Shown: positions 1 to 10,288, counted from the stretch's first letter. The stretch is 64,000 nt of DNA from an uncultured Thermococci archaeon (GCA_964549615.1 CAZJVP010000090.1:1-64000), one strand, 5' to 3'. The notes: a model not told the origin generated them from the sequence alone. Numbers and translations are program-made.

Positions 1-132
1 CTCTCTTGCGGGGTCGAGCAGGGACCGCCCCGATTCCTTGTCCTTTTCATTCTCTACAGTTCTTTCTTCACAGGGATGGGCACCGATCCGGTGGCTTAGT
101 CCCTCAACTTTATCCTTTATCCTTAGACAATT

Positions 133-148
133 ATGCAACGATGCTCAT
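133..148 (+). repeat. 16-bp sequence ATGCAACGATGCTCAT, copy 1 (intergenic)
   Basis: Exact match to 1239-1254. Confidence 0.85.
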
Positions 149-305
149 CAAGGTTTGCCCGGCCGCTAAGTTGACCCGAACGAAAAGATGCCCTTCTCCG
201 GCAAGGGGCCCTCAAGAACCCATGGTTCTGCAGGGTTCTGCAATGGGTCGGTAAGGTCAATGCCAGGAAGCCGCGCCCGACGTGCGCCACCGGGCCGCCT
301 AGCCT

Positions 306-773
306 CTACCTTCTCGCTTGGTACTTCTTTCGATTCTCGATGACGGCCAACAGGTGCCTCTTCTCCTCGGACACGATCTTCTGGGTGGTTTCAGCCGCCG
401 AGGAGGAAAGCAGGTCGATCAAGCCGCCGAAGAAAAGGATGGTATCCTTCTCGAACTTCACGGCCAAGTCGAGCGCCTCATCCAGATTCAGGGGCATTTC
501 CGCAAGCTTTCCCGATTCCCTGAGGCTCGCGATGGGCCCGGTCATCATGAGGTTGATCAGGTACTCGAAGGCGGGGCCGCCTGCCGAGACGCGGCTTCTG
601 CTCTCCATCTGCCTGAACAGCTGGATGTGTCTGGCCTCAGCCCGAGCAAGGTTCTCGAAAAGCGACTTGGTCTCCGCGGTGATCTTGGCAGCCTGCTCGT
701 AGAACTCCTTGCCGGCCTCCTCAAGCTGGACCGCAACGCCGACGATCTCATCCGGTGTGACGTCCGTGGGCAT
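306..773 (-). CDS. Rubrerythrin/ferritin-like four-helix bundle protein
   Basis: 155 aa with two diiron-type repeats (EEAGKEFY...EARH and EKDTILFF...EEKRH). Confidence 0.8.
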   Translation of the reverse strand: MPTDVTPDEIVGVAVQLEEAGKEFYEQAAKITAETKSLFENLARAEARHIQLFRQMESRSRVSAGGPAFEYLINLMMTGPIASLRESGKLAEMPLNLDEALDLAVKFEKDTILFFGGLIDLLSSSAAETTQKIVSEEKRHLLAVIENRKKYQARR

Positions 774-983
774 TTTTCATCCCCGGGCTGTTGACGACCC
801 GGCATTGATAAGTGTGCGATTACGCCGTAGCTGCTGCCCCCAAAGCGACGCGTCGCTACGGCCGGCCCTCGATTGCGCACGGATATCTGGAACCACGCAT
901 TGGGTCGGCCCCCGAGAATGGGCAAGGAGAGCCAGGACGAAATCCTTAAGCCATCTTCGAGCACTGCCGGGCCAGTGTTTGCC

Positions 984-1956
984 ATGAACGGTGGGATAGC
1001 AAGCCATGGTCCGCGCCGGTCAAACACGGACTGGTTCAAGGATGCAAGGTGGGGCGTCTTCACTCACTACCTGGCGAGCGAGGAGATGACCGCGAGACGG
1101 TGGCCCCGGCGCGTGGACGGCTTCGACGTCGACGAACTTACAAGGCAGCTGGAATCGGTGGAGGCGAACTACTACTTCATCACGATCGGCCAGAATTCCG
1201 GGCACTACTGCTCGCCGAACTCCACGTACGACTCGATAATGCAACGATGCTCATGTCGGGATTCAACCCAGCAAGTGCTCGGAGCGAGATCTCGTGATGG
1301 ATCTCAGCGAAGCCCTCAGCCCCAAGGGCATCAGGCTCATGGTCTACCTGCCGAGCGGCGCCCCTGCGGAGGACGGCACGGCAGTGGAGAAGCTTGGGTG
1401 GAGTTGGGGATACAAGGGCGGTTGGCCGGCCTGGGGAACGCAGACAACTGGGGAGAGACTGGCCGAGTTCCAGGAAAGGTGGGAGGCGATCATCAAGGAA
1501 TGGTCGCTCCGCTGGCGCCGCGGAATCTGGGGATGGTGGATCGACGGCTGCTACTTCGCAGGCGCCATGTACAGACACCCCGAACCTCCCAACTTCGAAA
1601 GCTTTGCGGCAGCGCTGAAAACCGGCAACCGGGATGCCATCGTGGCCTTCAACCCTGGCGTGAAAGTCCCCGTGATCTCGCTGACTGAGCATGAGGACTA
1701 TACGGCTGGGGAGATATCAGATGCCTTCCCGGTTTGCCCAGGAAGATGGGTCGACGGAGCCCAGTACCACATCCTGAGCTACCTCGGCGGCAACTGGGCC
1801 AGGGGGCCGCCAAGGTTCGTGGACGAGTTCGTTGTGGGGTACACAAAGCAAGTCAATGCGAAGGGCGGCGTGGTGACCTGGGATGTGCCCGTAACGGAGG
1901 GAGGCTCTATACCTGCGCCCTTCCTCAGGCAACTCGCCCTTCTGCGCAAGATCTGA
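984..1956 (+). pseudogene. Alpha-L-fucosidase (GH29-like) TIM-barrel gene split by a 16-bp frameshifting insertion
   Basis: The N-terminal part (WFKDARWGVFTHY...GQNSGHYCSPNSTYDSI) is in one frame and the C-terminal part (VGIQPSKCSERDLVMDLSEAL...GWWIDG) in another. Removing 1239-1254 joins them into one continuous ORF. Confidence 0.7.
1239..1254 (+). repeat. 16-bp sequence ATGCAACGATGCTCAT, copy 2 (insertion in the GH29-like gene)
   Basis: Exact match to 133-148; lies between codons ATA (Ile) and GTC (Val). Confidence 0.85.
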
Positions 1957-2120
1957 GTCCAGTCGTCAAGAGATACCCCAAGGGCAGGCCGCCAAAAGCG
2001 CCGAAGGCTAGACGGTAACATTTGATAAAAGCTGGGAGCCCCTCTGCCAGTCCTACAGCCATGGGATCCGGCTTGTGGCCGGGCGCGCGGGCTACAGGAA
2101 ATGAGGGAGGAGGTAGTCGG

Positions 2121-2951
2121 ATGAGATTGGGAGGTCCGGTCTCCGGCTATTCAGATCCGAAGACTTGGATATCGGCACTGCAACGCCATGGCTACACGGC
2201 AGCCTACTGCCCGGTAACGAGCCAAGATGACCCGGCCACCATCCAGGCCTACAGGGAGGCCGCTGACGAGGCCGACGTGGTGATCGCGGAGGTGGGCGCC
2301 TGGAGTAGCCCGCTGGGCCCTGACGAGAACGAACGTCGGTCGGCGCTGAAAAAGTGCAAGGAACAGCTGGCCTTGGCCGATGCCATAGGTGCCCGGTGCT
2401 GCGTCAACATCTCGGGCTCGAGGGGCAAGAACTGGGCAGGGCCTGACCCCCTTGACCTGACCCACGAGACGTTCGATATGATCGTTGAGACCGTCAGAGA
2501 GATCATCGATTCGGTGAGCCCGAAGAGAACCTACTATACGCTCGAGACGATGCAGTGGATGTACCCGGACTCCGCCGACAGCTACCTTGAGCTAATGAGG
2601 GCGATCGACCGCAAAAGGTTCGCCGTGCATTTCGACCCTGTGAACCTCGTGAACAGCCCGCAACGCTATTTCGGTAACGCGGATCTCATCCGGGAATTCA
2701 TCTCCAAGCTTGGGCCCTTCATCAGGAGTTGCCATGGAAAGGACGTGATCCTCTCCGAGATGGCTTTGGTTCATCTGAGTGAAGTTCGCCCCGGGCTAGG
2801 CCGGCTGGACTACCGCACGTTGCTCAGGGAGCTGGATCGCCTCGATCCGGATACGCCGCTCATGCTTGAGCACCTCCAGACGGATGAGGAGTATGCGTTG
2901 GCGGCGAAGTACGTTCGGGGCATCGCGAAGGAGGTCGGCGTCAAGCTCTGA
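2121..2951 (+). CDS. Sugar phosphate isomerase/epimerase (xylose isomerase-like TIM barrel)
   Basis: Metal-binding motifs LETM, HFDPVN, CHGKD and LMLEH; ATG at 2121 follows GGAGG. Confidence 0.85.
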   Translation: MRLGGPVSGYSDPKTWISALQRHGYTAAYCPVTSQDDPATIQAYREAADEADVVIAEVGAWSSPLGPDENERRSALKKCKEQLALADAIGARCCVNISGSRGKNWAGPDPLDLTHETFDMIVETVREIIDSVSPKRTYYTLETMQWMYPDSADSYLELMRAIDRKRFAVHFDPVNLVNSPQRYFGNADLIREFISKLGPFIRSCHGKDVILSEMALVHLSEVRPGLGRLDYRTLLRELDRLDPDTPLMLEHLQTDEEYALAAKYVRGIAKEVGVKL

Positions 2952-2980
2952 ACCGGCATAACCCTCCTTGAGGGATCCAG

Positions 2981-4078
2981 TTGAACGAAAGGAATGCGGA
3001 TTTCCAAAGGCCGGGCGTGGATCGAAACCTCCCCGTCTTCTACAAGAAGCTATCCGAGCGGCTCGATTTCCCGCTCTCGTGGCTGTCCGGCAACTTCCGC
3101 GGCTTCGATGTCTGGCGGAAGGCTGCCCGGGACAAGGTCATGCAGCACCTCCTACCTCCTCCGACATCCGCCCCCTTCGATCCGGTCATCGTGGATGAGC
3201 AGGACCGAGGAACTCATCTCGCGCGCAAGGTCGTCCTGAACATCACGGCCGACAGCAGGGTCTTGTCATTGATGGCCGTGCCGAAGGGCGAGGGGCCGTT
3301 TCCCGGGGCCTTGATCCTGCATGACCATGGTGCACGGTTTGACATCGGCAAAGAGAAGGCCATCAGGCCTTGGAACGATCGCCCTGAGCGCATCAGGTCG
3401 GCGAAGCAGTGGGTGGAGCAGTATTTCGGCGGACGCTTCATCGGCGATGAGCTGGCAAGGAGGGGTTATGTCTGCCTTTGCATCGATGCGCTTAACTGGT
3501 CGGACAGAGGAGGGGGAGGATACGAGGGCCAACAGGCGCTGGCGGCCAATCTCCTTCACCTAGGTACATCCTTCGCCGGTCTCATCGCCCACGAGGACAT
3601 GCGGGCAGCCCAGTTCCTAGCGACGCAACCCGGGGTGGACCCCGAACGCATTGCTGCGATCGGATTCTCAATGGGGGCGTTCCGTGCATGGCAGGCCGCC
3701 GCCCTCTCGGAACATATCAGGGCCCGCATAGCCGTGCGCTGGATGGCGACCGTGAAGGGCCTCGTGGTGCCGGGCAATAACCAGACATTGGGCCAATCCG
3801 CCTTCACCATGATCCACCCGGGGCTGTTCAACTACCTCGACTACCCTGATGTCGCGAGCATAGCGTGCCCTAAGCCGATGCTCTTCTACAACGGCGAAGA
3901 TGACGTTCTCTTTCCCATTGCCTCGGTTGAGGAAGCGTATGCGAAGATGCGCAGAGTGTGGGAATCGCAGGGAGCAGGCATCAGGCTGGAGACCAAGCTT
4001 TGGAAAGCGGGGCACATCTTCGACCTGACCATGCAGGACGCCGCATTCAGCTGGCTCGCGCGGAACCTCAAGGCGTGA
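2981..4078 (+). CDS. Alpha/beta hydrolase (dienelactone hydrolase/acetylxylan esterase-like)
   Basis: Nucleophile elbow GFSMG, plus LHDHG, LDYPDVAS and a C-terminal GH. Confidence 0.8.
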   Translation: MNERNADFQRPGVDRNLPVFYKKLSERLDFPLSWLSGNFRGFDVWRKAARDKVMQHLLPPPTSAPFDPVIVDEQDRGTHLARKVVLNITADSRVLSLMAVPKGEGPFPGALILHDHGARFDIGKEKAIRPWNDRPERIRSAKQWVEQYFGGRFIGDELARRGYVCLCIDALNWSDRGGGGYEGQQALAANLLHLGTSFAGLIAHEDMRAAQFLATQPGVDPERIAAIGFSMGAFRAWQAAALSEHIRARIAVRWMATVKGLVVPGNNQTLGQSAFTMIHPGLFNYLDYPDVASIACPKPMLFYNGEDDVLFPIASVEEAYAKMRRVWESQGAGIRLETKLWKAGHIFDLTMQDAAFSWLARNLKA

Positions 4079-4272
4079 CCGGTCTGAGGCTTCACATTCA
4101 GATATTCTCGCTCGGGGCCTGAGAGCCTTTGAATGCTTCAACGCGGCCAGGGGCCTTCACTCCTGCATTTTCTCCGGCCATCGAAGGACGACCGCTGAAA
4201 AGCGCAGCGCCCAAGAAATAGGCACTGGGTCCCCTTGCGAGACGGCGGACGGCACCGTGCTTCCGACTGCCA

Positions 4273-5514
4273 TCAAAGGTACCCTGCCCTGGTCATTCGC
4301 ACCTCGCGGTACAGCCTCCTCCTGACCATGACCACCCAAAGGACGACGCCGCAGATAAGCAGGGTACCGGTGACTGCAAGCCACTCCGCCAGATACACCC
4401 ACATCATCGCGGCGTCCTTCAGCTTCACTGCTTCCTTCTCCAGCTCGTCGACCGCCTGCTCGGCTTCCTTGAGAAGCGAGAGGGCTGCGTCGTAATCCTG
4501 CCTTATGTACGCAGCCTCCGCAGCTCGGACGGTCTGGTCGATCTGCGCCATGTGGCTGTCCAACTTGGCCGAGCTTCCACCGAAGCTCTCCACGAAAATG
4601 AAGAGCGATGTGAGCAGCGCCCTTTGATTCGTGAGGCCGAAGAACTTTCCTCGTATGGTGTGAACGAGGGCCACATCCCGGGGAACGGGAACCCTGCTCG
4701 CGTACATGCCAACGTCCGCCGCGAAGTCGAGGTAGTAATCCCAGAGGCAGAAGCTTTCACCCCAGGCCGGCGTCCAGTCCGAGGTGAAGGCGATCGTGCG
4801 GCCCTGATGGTAGTCCCAAGCGTCCAAGAAAGGGAACTCTCCTTTCACCATACCAACGAGCCGGGCCAGTTCATCCGCGCCCTGCTTGACAGCCACGATG
4901 TTTAGGCCGTAGAAGGGAGGGCACCTCTCCCACGGAAGGTACTTCATGAGCTCGTTCTCCGGATCCACAACCTTAACACGGAAAGCGTCGGAGTCTGCCC
5001 GGCCTCCCGTGTGGAACTCAACGGGCAAGGCGTCCGCCACCGCGGTTCCGTCCCAGCTCGCATAACCCGCCCACCCGCCGAAGCTCTCGTATCCACCCAC
5101 CATGATCAGCCCAAGTCCGGCCTCCCGCACGCACCTTTCCATCCACACAACCTCTTCAGGCCGGAAGTTGAGAAGATGGACATCCGAGAGCAGGATCACG
5201 TCCAAGGAGTCCCTCATCTGCTCGAAGGTCTTGGGCATGTACTGCCTCATGTACCTGTGGACGTCCGATATCTTCCAGCCCTGGCCGAGAAGATCGTCCA
5301 GGCAGGCAGGGATGAGGGTGCCTACGAAGGTGGGGTCGGATCTGTAGATGTAGGCCGGATTTCGGGTCAGGATCGCGTCGCCGATGTAGATCAGGCGGAT
5401 CCTTCCCGTCTGTGGATCCCTGCGTCCCTCCTGAGCAGAAGAGAGGCCGCAGGAAAGCAACAGTAGCGATGCTGCAACAAGGGAGGAGCAAGTTGCTAAC
5501 TTCGATTGTCTCAC
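4273..5514 (-). CDS. Surface protein paralogue 1 (signal peptide, DUF1355/GATase1-like domain, helical stalk, C-terminal TM + RRRLYREV tail)
   Basis: GLGLIMVGGYESFGG, FTSDWTPAWG and FVESFGG; C-terminus WVYLAEWLAVTG...MVRRRLYREVRMT. Confidence 0.8.
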   Translation of the reverse strand: MRQSKLATCSSLVAASLLLLSCGLSSAQEGRRDPQTGRIRLIYIGDAILTRNPAYIYRSDPTFVGTLIPACLDDLLGQGWKISDVHRYMRQYMPKTFEQMRDSLDVILLSDVHLLNFRPEEVVWMERCVREAGLGLIMVGGYESFGGWAGYASWDGTAVADALPVEFHTGGRADSDAFRVKVVDPENELMKYLPWERCPPFYGLNIVAVKQGADELARLVGMVKGEFPFLDAWDYHQGRTIAFTSDWTPAWGESFCLWDYYLDFAADVGMYASRVPVPRDVALVHTIRGKFFGLTNQRALLTSLFIFVESFGGSSAKLDSHMAQIDQTVRAAEAAYIRQDYDAALSLLKEAEQAVDELEKEAVKLKDAAMMWVYLAEWLAVTGTLLICGVVLWVVMVRRRLYREVRMTRAGYL

Positions 5515-5605
5515 GCCCCCAGATTGCGTTGCCGAGAATTAAACGTTGTGGACCCGTCCTGACGGAGGGCCTTCTGCTCCGCTAGCACGGCTTGTGGTGC
5601 GGTAG

Positions 5606-5935
5606 CTAGATGGCAATGCCCTGGTCGGCCAGCCTCTTTTTGAGCAGTGCGACGAGCTCAGGCTCGCCCCTTTTGTATACATCCGGGATGTCGAGGACTG
5701 CGATCTTGCCCCTAGCTTCAGGGGATATGCGCAGGACGGCCTCCTTATGCTCATCCTCCATGACGAATATCCGGTCGGCCCACTCTATGTCCTCCGCCGA
5801 GACCCTTCTGCGAGCCCATTCCCAGGTGCCGCCCGACCTTACCTGGAAGCCGGGCCTGTCTTTCACAAGATCCTCAGCCGTCTTGCTCCTGTCAAGGTTC
5901 GCGGTGCAGACGAACAGGATCTTCTGGGTCATCAA
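5606..5935 (-). CDS. Low-molecular-weight protein-tyrosine phosphatase-like protein
   Basis: N-terminal P-loop CX5R (FVCTANLDRS), plus WADRIFVME and LDIPD. Confidence 0.8.
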   Translation of the reverse strand: MMTQKILFVCTANLDRSKTAEDLVKDRPGFQVRSGGTWEWARRRVSAEDIEWADRIFVMEDEHKEAVLRISPEARGKIAVLDIPDVYKRGEPELVALLKKRLADQGIAI

Positions 5936-5961
5936 GACACCTCCTTTCCTCTTGCGGCAGG

Positions 5962-7077
5962 TCAGCGCCTCCGCGTTTCAAGGATCTCTTTGATGGCCTC
6001 GACCGCCGGCTTGTCGGACCCATCCTCGTTCGTTATCGCAAGGCCCCGGAATGCCGGGTTGCCGCACATGTCCTCCTTCGGTATCGGCCTCCAATGCCAG
6101 AGGTTGAACCCGTATCCTTGATCGAGGGCGCTCGTTATCTTGGCGGCGAGCACCCTCGCCTGATTCTCTATGCCATGCTCACAGATGCTGGCTCCCAGCT
6201 CGCCGACTATCAACGGGACGTCTGGGTAGAGCGCCTTGAAGAAGCCTGCCCTCCTCTCAAGCTCAGCCGCGATCTCGTCAGCGGTCCTGTCCTCCCATCC
6301 ATAGAAAACCATGCTCAGGAAGTCGAAGGTATACTCGCCCTCGATCGGGGATTCCCCTTCCGCCCAATCCAAGTTGATCAAGCTGCAGTCGTGGTATCCG
6401 ATCCGAAACTCGCCCCGAAGGTTCGGATCCAGCCTGGACGGTAGGCTCCCCAAGGTCTCGCGAAGGTAGGCGGCATGAATCCTCGCATCCCGGTAGGGAT
6501 CCAGCCCCTCCGGCTCGGTCCCCTCGGTGAAGAGGACGATGTAGACCATGTCATGGAAGTCTTCTATCCGTTCCAGGAACTCCCCGACGTACCTTTCGAA
6601 TGCATCGTACATGGTCCGGTTGGTGATCCAACTCCCGGGGTCTATGCCCTCGGGCGACCAACCCTTGCCGAGGTAGTTGAGGCCGAGGATCGCCTCCATC
6701 CCGTTTGCCCGCAACAGCACCAGCACCTTCCTCAGATGCTCGAACCGGCCGAGATTGTAGACCGGGGGTTTGGCCAGCGGCTTGGGGTTGAACTCTGCCC
6801 ACGGGTTCACGATCCATATGGTGTTGAAGCCGGTAGCCTTGATCTTGGGCAACGATCTTTCCAGCTCCTCGTAGTATGTCTCCTCGTCGAACGGGAAGAC
6901 GTAGAAGGTCACGCTCCTGATCATGCTGTAGTCGCCCGCCTCGCCTTCGCCATACGGCCGTCTTGCCGTCTCAAGGTACGCCACCAGCACTGCGATCGCC
7001 GCGGCGAAGGCCACACCGATGATCACGTACCGGCCCGCAATAATCACCGGCCAACCCCCTAGCTTACCCACCGGCAA
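5962..7077 (-). CDS. Membrane-anchored clan GH-A-like glycoside hydrolase
   Basis: N-terminal hydrophobic helix; GFNTIWI, candidate acid/base in FTEG and candidate nucleophile in VGELG. Start codon uncertain. Confidence 0.6.
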   Translation of the reverse strand: MPVGKLGGWPVIIAGRYVIIGVAFAAAIAVLVAYLETARRPYGEGEAGDYSMIRSVTFYVFPFDEETYYEELERSLPKIKATGFNTIWIVNPWAEFNPKPLAKPPVYNLGRFEHLRKVLVLLRANGMEAILGLNYLGKGWSPEGIDPGSWITNRTMYDAFERYVGEFLERIEDFHDMVYIVLFTEGTEPEGLDPYRDARIHAAYLRETLGSLPSRLDPNLRGEFRIGYHDCSLINLDWAEGESPIEGEYTFDFLSMVFYGWEDRTADEIAAELERRAGFFKALYPDVPLIVGELGASICEHGIENQARVLAAKITSALDQGYGFNLWHWRPIPKEDMCGNPAFRGLAITNEDGSDKPAVEAIKEILETRRR

Positions 7078-8908
7078 GCGAACCGGGAAGGATAACGAGG
7101 CGCAGCCTAGCTGAATTCCCCTCGATGGGCATCTCGATCAGCGCACGGTGGACCTCGCTTTGGAACTTCTTGTCCTTGAGATCCACCTGCTCGACCGCGA
7201 CCTTTGGTTGCTGCGCGTCGATGCGGACCTCGATCCCAGCCCTCTCGCCGGTTATGCGAAGCGCGCCTTCCCCGCACCGGCAGATGCTTCCCCAGGTGTA
7301 TAGCGGACATGCATACTGGCCAGACTGTCCCAGCAGCTTGACGTCGTCCGTTATCTCCACCCGGGGCGGGCTTGCGCCTCTGTGTAGGGCCATCGTCCTA
7401 CGAAGGCTCCCAAGCCCTATGCCCGCTGGATAGGCGTCTTTCAGCTCCAGGCACAGTGCGTCCTTAGATTTCGAGGTTCTGTGCTCAAGCACCTTAGCAG
7501 CGTGCTGCGGTCCCGGCGCCTGTTGATGCCCATTCACGAGAGGTACGTTGTGACCCCAGGAGGAGTTGACGAGGATGTCGTATCTGCGGGGCCCGAAGTA
7601 GTCCTTGGTGTAGGATCCTGATCCGAGATCAACGATCAGCGACTCACCCCCAAAATGCACTATGAAGTTGCCCAGGTCATTGTGGTTGTGGTTCTCGCCG
7701 TTGTGGCCCCCCTTCGCCGCCAGCATCAGGCATCCGTCGTCTGCAGGGTCGGACCGACTGATCATCCATTGCATGCCGGGGTAGTAGACGTGCATTTCCC
7801 GGTTCAACCCGCCTGGGTGGGGCCGGTCTGGCATCCAGACCAAGTCCCTCAGCCCCCATGTTCGAGGCCCAGCATCGTACTGGTATTGTGCGAACGCGTT
7901 CACCTGCTCCAGGCCCAGACGGCGACCCAGATAGAACATCAGGGAGGCCGGGAACGCGACCTGGGGGCTGCAGTCTGAGAAGTTCACAACGTTTTGGCCG
8001 CTGAGAGTCACCCGCTGTGGAAACATGGCAATCCCATCCATCTCCGGGGCGTCCATGAGGGAGATCTTGCCATCCGTCCTGGCCTCCAGAAGATACGAAA
8101 GCCAGGCGTAGTTGGACACGCCATAGCTCCAGTAGCCGGGCCCTTCCTCGCACCCGCCGCCCTGGTCGAAGCTTCGCAGATAGCAGTTCATGGATCTGAT
8201 GCACTTCTCGATCATTGCTGCGAGCCTTCGGCGTTCCTGCATCTCCAGCAGGGCCGACCCGACGACCCCGCAGTTGCACACTGCCGTCCAGTTGTTCACA
8301 TGCCCTCTGCCTCCGCCGAACATCCACCAGAGATCGTCGTGCTCCAGGTAGGGCCGCCAGCATCTCCTGTCGATCTCGTACAGGATCCGCTGCCTGATCA
8401 TTGGATCATGCTCGTCCAACCTGTCACCCATGATGTAAGCCGCCTCGGCAAGGGTTCTCGCAGTCTCAGCCGACACGAGGTCAACCCACGAGAAATCCCG
8501 GTACTCGGGCAGCGATGTGCGGCTGTGGGCCGGTATCACCCAACTGCTTTCCTCACATATCGCCCATGCATGGTCCATGATGGCGTCCATGCAGCGTCCC
8601 TTGCGCTCGATGCATTCCCCGATGACGAGCGATATCAGGCGCGAGCGCCTCGCATGGATGATCCCGTCGTGGGGAGACCTGTCTCCAGTCCTTGAGTAGT
8701 TGAGATAGAGCGAGGCCGGAACTGCAACGATAGGCTCCGCGAGTTCCTTGTCCAACTTCCCCAGCCATTCACCGACGGAGATTCCAAGCATCGGATTGCT
8801 GAGAATGCCTTGCCAACTACCCTCATCGCGGTACCTTGGCAGAGGAGCCCGCCCCGTCGTGTCCCTGAGGATCCGGTCGATCTCTGCGCGATCCAACTCC
8901 CTTATCAT
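7064..8908 (-). CDS. Heparinase II/III family protein
   Basis: NNWTAVC, GGCEEGPGYWSYG, AKGGHNGENHNHNDLGNF and GHNVPLVNG. Confidence 0.85.
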   Translation of the reverse strand: MIRELDRAEIDRILRDTTGRAPLPRYRDEGSWQGILSNPMLGISVGEWLGKLDKELAEPIVAVPASLYLNYSRTGDRSPHDGIIHARRSRLISLVIGECIERKGRCMDAIMDHAWAICEESSWVIPAHSRTSLPEYRDFSWVDLVSAETARTLAEAAYIMGDRLDEHDPMIRQRILYEIDRRCWRPYLEHDDLWWMFGGGRGHVNNWTAVCNCGVVGSALLEMQERRRLAAMIEKCIRSMNCYLRSFDQGGGCEEGPGYWSYGVSNYAWLSYLLEARTDGKISLMDAPEMDGIAMFPQRVTLSGQNVVNFSDCSPQVAFPASLMFYLGRRLGLEQVNAFAQYQYDAGPRTWGLRDLVWMPDRPHPGGLNREMHVYYPGMQWMISRSDPADDGCLMLAAKGGHNGENHNHNDLGNFIVHFGGESLIVDLGSGSYTKDYFGPRRYDILVNSSWGHNVPLVNGHQQAPGPQHAAKVLEHRTSKSKDALCLELKDAYPAGIGLGSLRRTMALHRGASPPRVEITDDVKLLGQSGQYACPLYTWGSICRCGEGALRITGERAGIEVRIDAQQPKVAVEQVDLKDKKFQSEVHRALIEMPIEGNSARLRLVILPGSLAGG

Positions 8909-9043
8909 TGCCTCTCCCGCCGCGCAAGCACCTGCGGTCTTCGGCTTCGGCCGATTTAATGCCTACCCTATCGCTACTCTTTCCAGCGGCAACCAGATGT
9001 CAAAGATTTATCCAAACACGGCAACGGACCAGCCAGTGAGTCC

Positions 9044-10288
9044 TTGCGGGTCCCGCTCCTGGGCTTGCTGGCAATGATCGCCCTCGCCACCGCCCTACCC
9101 CTCGTGCCGGCAGGGCAATATCCGACCGGGAAGCAGCTCGTCCTCGACTTCCTCATGGTCGGTGATGTCGACGGATGGGTGAACCACCTCGGCGACGACG
9201 AGCCTGCCATCACCATGACCTTGGTCCCCTGCAGGGCATTCGCCCTGGCCATGCCCGATGCGGACCTCTACAGGCTGAGTAGGGTCTACTTCCCCCGGAC
9301 CAAGGAACGGCTGTCCGAATTCGAGGTGCTCTTCTTCAACCACCCCAGGCTGAGCTTCTTCACGTTCCTTCAGCAGGAAATGATGGTGAACTTCGTTGCG
9401 ACCAAGGGGAAGGTGTCGATCGCCTATCCGCTCAGCCACTATGAGGACGTGCAGGTCCCTTGGCTGAACAGCCCGCTCTGCAAGGCCTTCCCGGTCGATG
9501 CGGAGAGGTTCTATGCGGCCAAGACCTTGGGCCTGCCCGACGAGTTCCCGGGCTTCGCTGGCCTTGAGCTGGAGCTGGGTCGGCCCCCCGTTTTCAGCGT
9601 CTTCCAGCCGGCTGGCCTGTTTGGCGCCAAGATCTACGAAAAGGCAAGGCCCGCCTATGCGAAGGAGGGTGCAACGGTCTGGCTCACCATGACCGGCGGT
9701 CCGGCCAACGTCCCCAAGGCCCCTGCCTTCATTTCATGGCCCTACGGATCCTCCATCGCCTGGGCCTTCGGCCTGCACCCGGGAAGCCGGCTCAAGCACT
9801 GGACCGAGAAAGGGGATTGGTGGGAGCTGGCCTTCCTGAACGTCTGCATCTATACGATGGGCGAGGAGACGCTGAACTTCGATGAGCTCGTTGAGATGCG
9901 CTTGGTCAAGAGCCAGTTCGCGTTCTACCGTGGGCTCTCATCCATGTTTCAGAGCATCGTTGACTTCGTATCCACGATGGGCGCGAACACCGCCTTGGCG
10001 GAGCGACTGCAGCTGGAGGCGGACGCGAGAAGGGCCATGGCCGAAGCCTATTACCTCTCAAGGGAGTTCGACCTTGCGAGCGAGGAGATGGAGGAAGCCT
10101 TGGAGGTTGCGCACCGGGCGACCGACGAGGCAACAAGGGCAAAGGAGCGTGCCTTGACCTGGATCTACCTCTCCGAGTGGCTCGCAACCGCTGCGGCTTC
10201 CCTGGTCTCAGCGCTGGCGGTGTGGGGGTTGATGATCAGGAGAAGGCTGTACAGAGAGGTGGGCACGACCCAGGCCAGGCACCTCTAG
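9044..10288 (+). CDS. Surface protein paralogue 2 (most divergent ectodomain)
   Basis: Signal peptide; RVYFPRT and FVSTMGAN; C-terminus WIYLSEWLAT...MIRRRLYREVGTT. Confidence 0.8.
   Translation: MRVPLLGLLAMIALATALPLVPAGQYPTGKQLVLDFLMVGDVDGWVNHLGDDEPAITMTLVPCRAFALAMPDADLYRLSRVYFPRTKERLSEFEVLFFNHPRLSFFTFLQQEMMVNFVATKGKVSIAYPLSHYEDVQVPWLNSPLCKAFPVDAERFYAAKTLGLPDEFPGFAGLELELGRPPVFSVFQPAGLFGAKIYEKARPAYAKEGATVWLTMTGGPANVPKAPAFISWPYGSSIAWAFGLHPGSRLKHWTEKGDWWELAFLNVCIYTMGEETLNFDELVEMRLVKSQFAFYRGLSSMFQSIVDFVSTMGANTALAERLQLEADARRAMAEAYYLSREFDLASEEMEEALEVAHRATDEATRAKERALTWIYLSEWLATAAASLVSALAVWGLMIRRRLYREVGTTQARHL

Noticed and set aside
1230-1262. Canonical bulge-helix-bulge mRNA intron as the explanation of the 16-nt insertion
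   Set aside because: I tried the 16-nt registers around the insertion by hand and none gave the required 4-bp central helix between two 3-nt bulges. Only a plain hairpin forms.
4273-4420. Assigning the paralogue tail to a known sorting signal (PGF-CTERM, PEF-CTERM, LPXTG)
   Set aside because: No PGF, PEF or LPXTG motif precedes the TM helix, and conservation extends into the cytoplasmic tail, unlike those signals.
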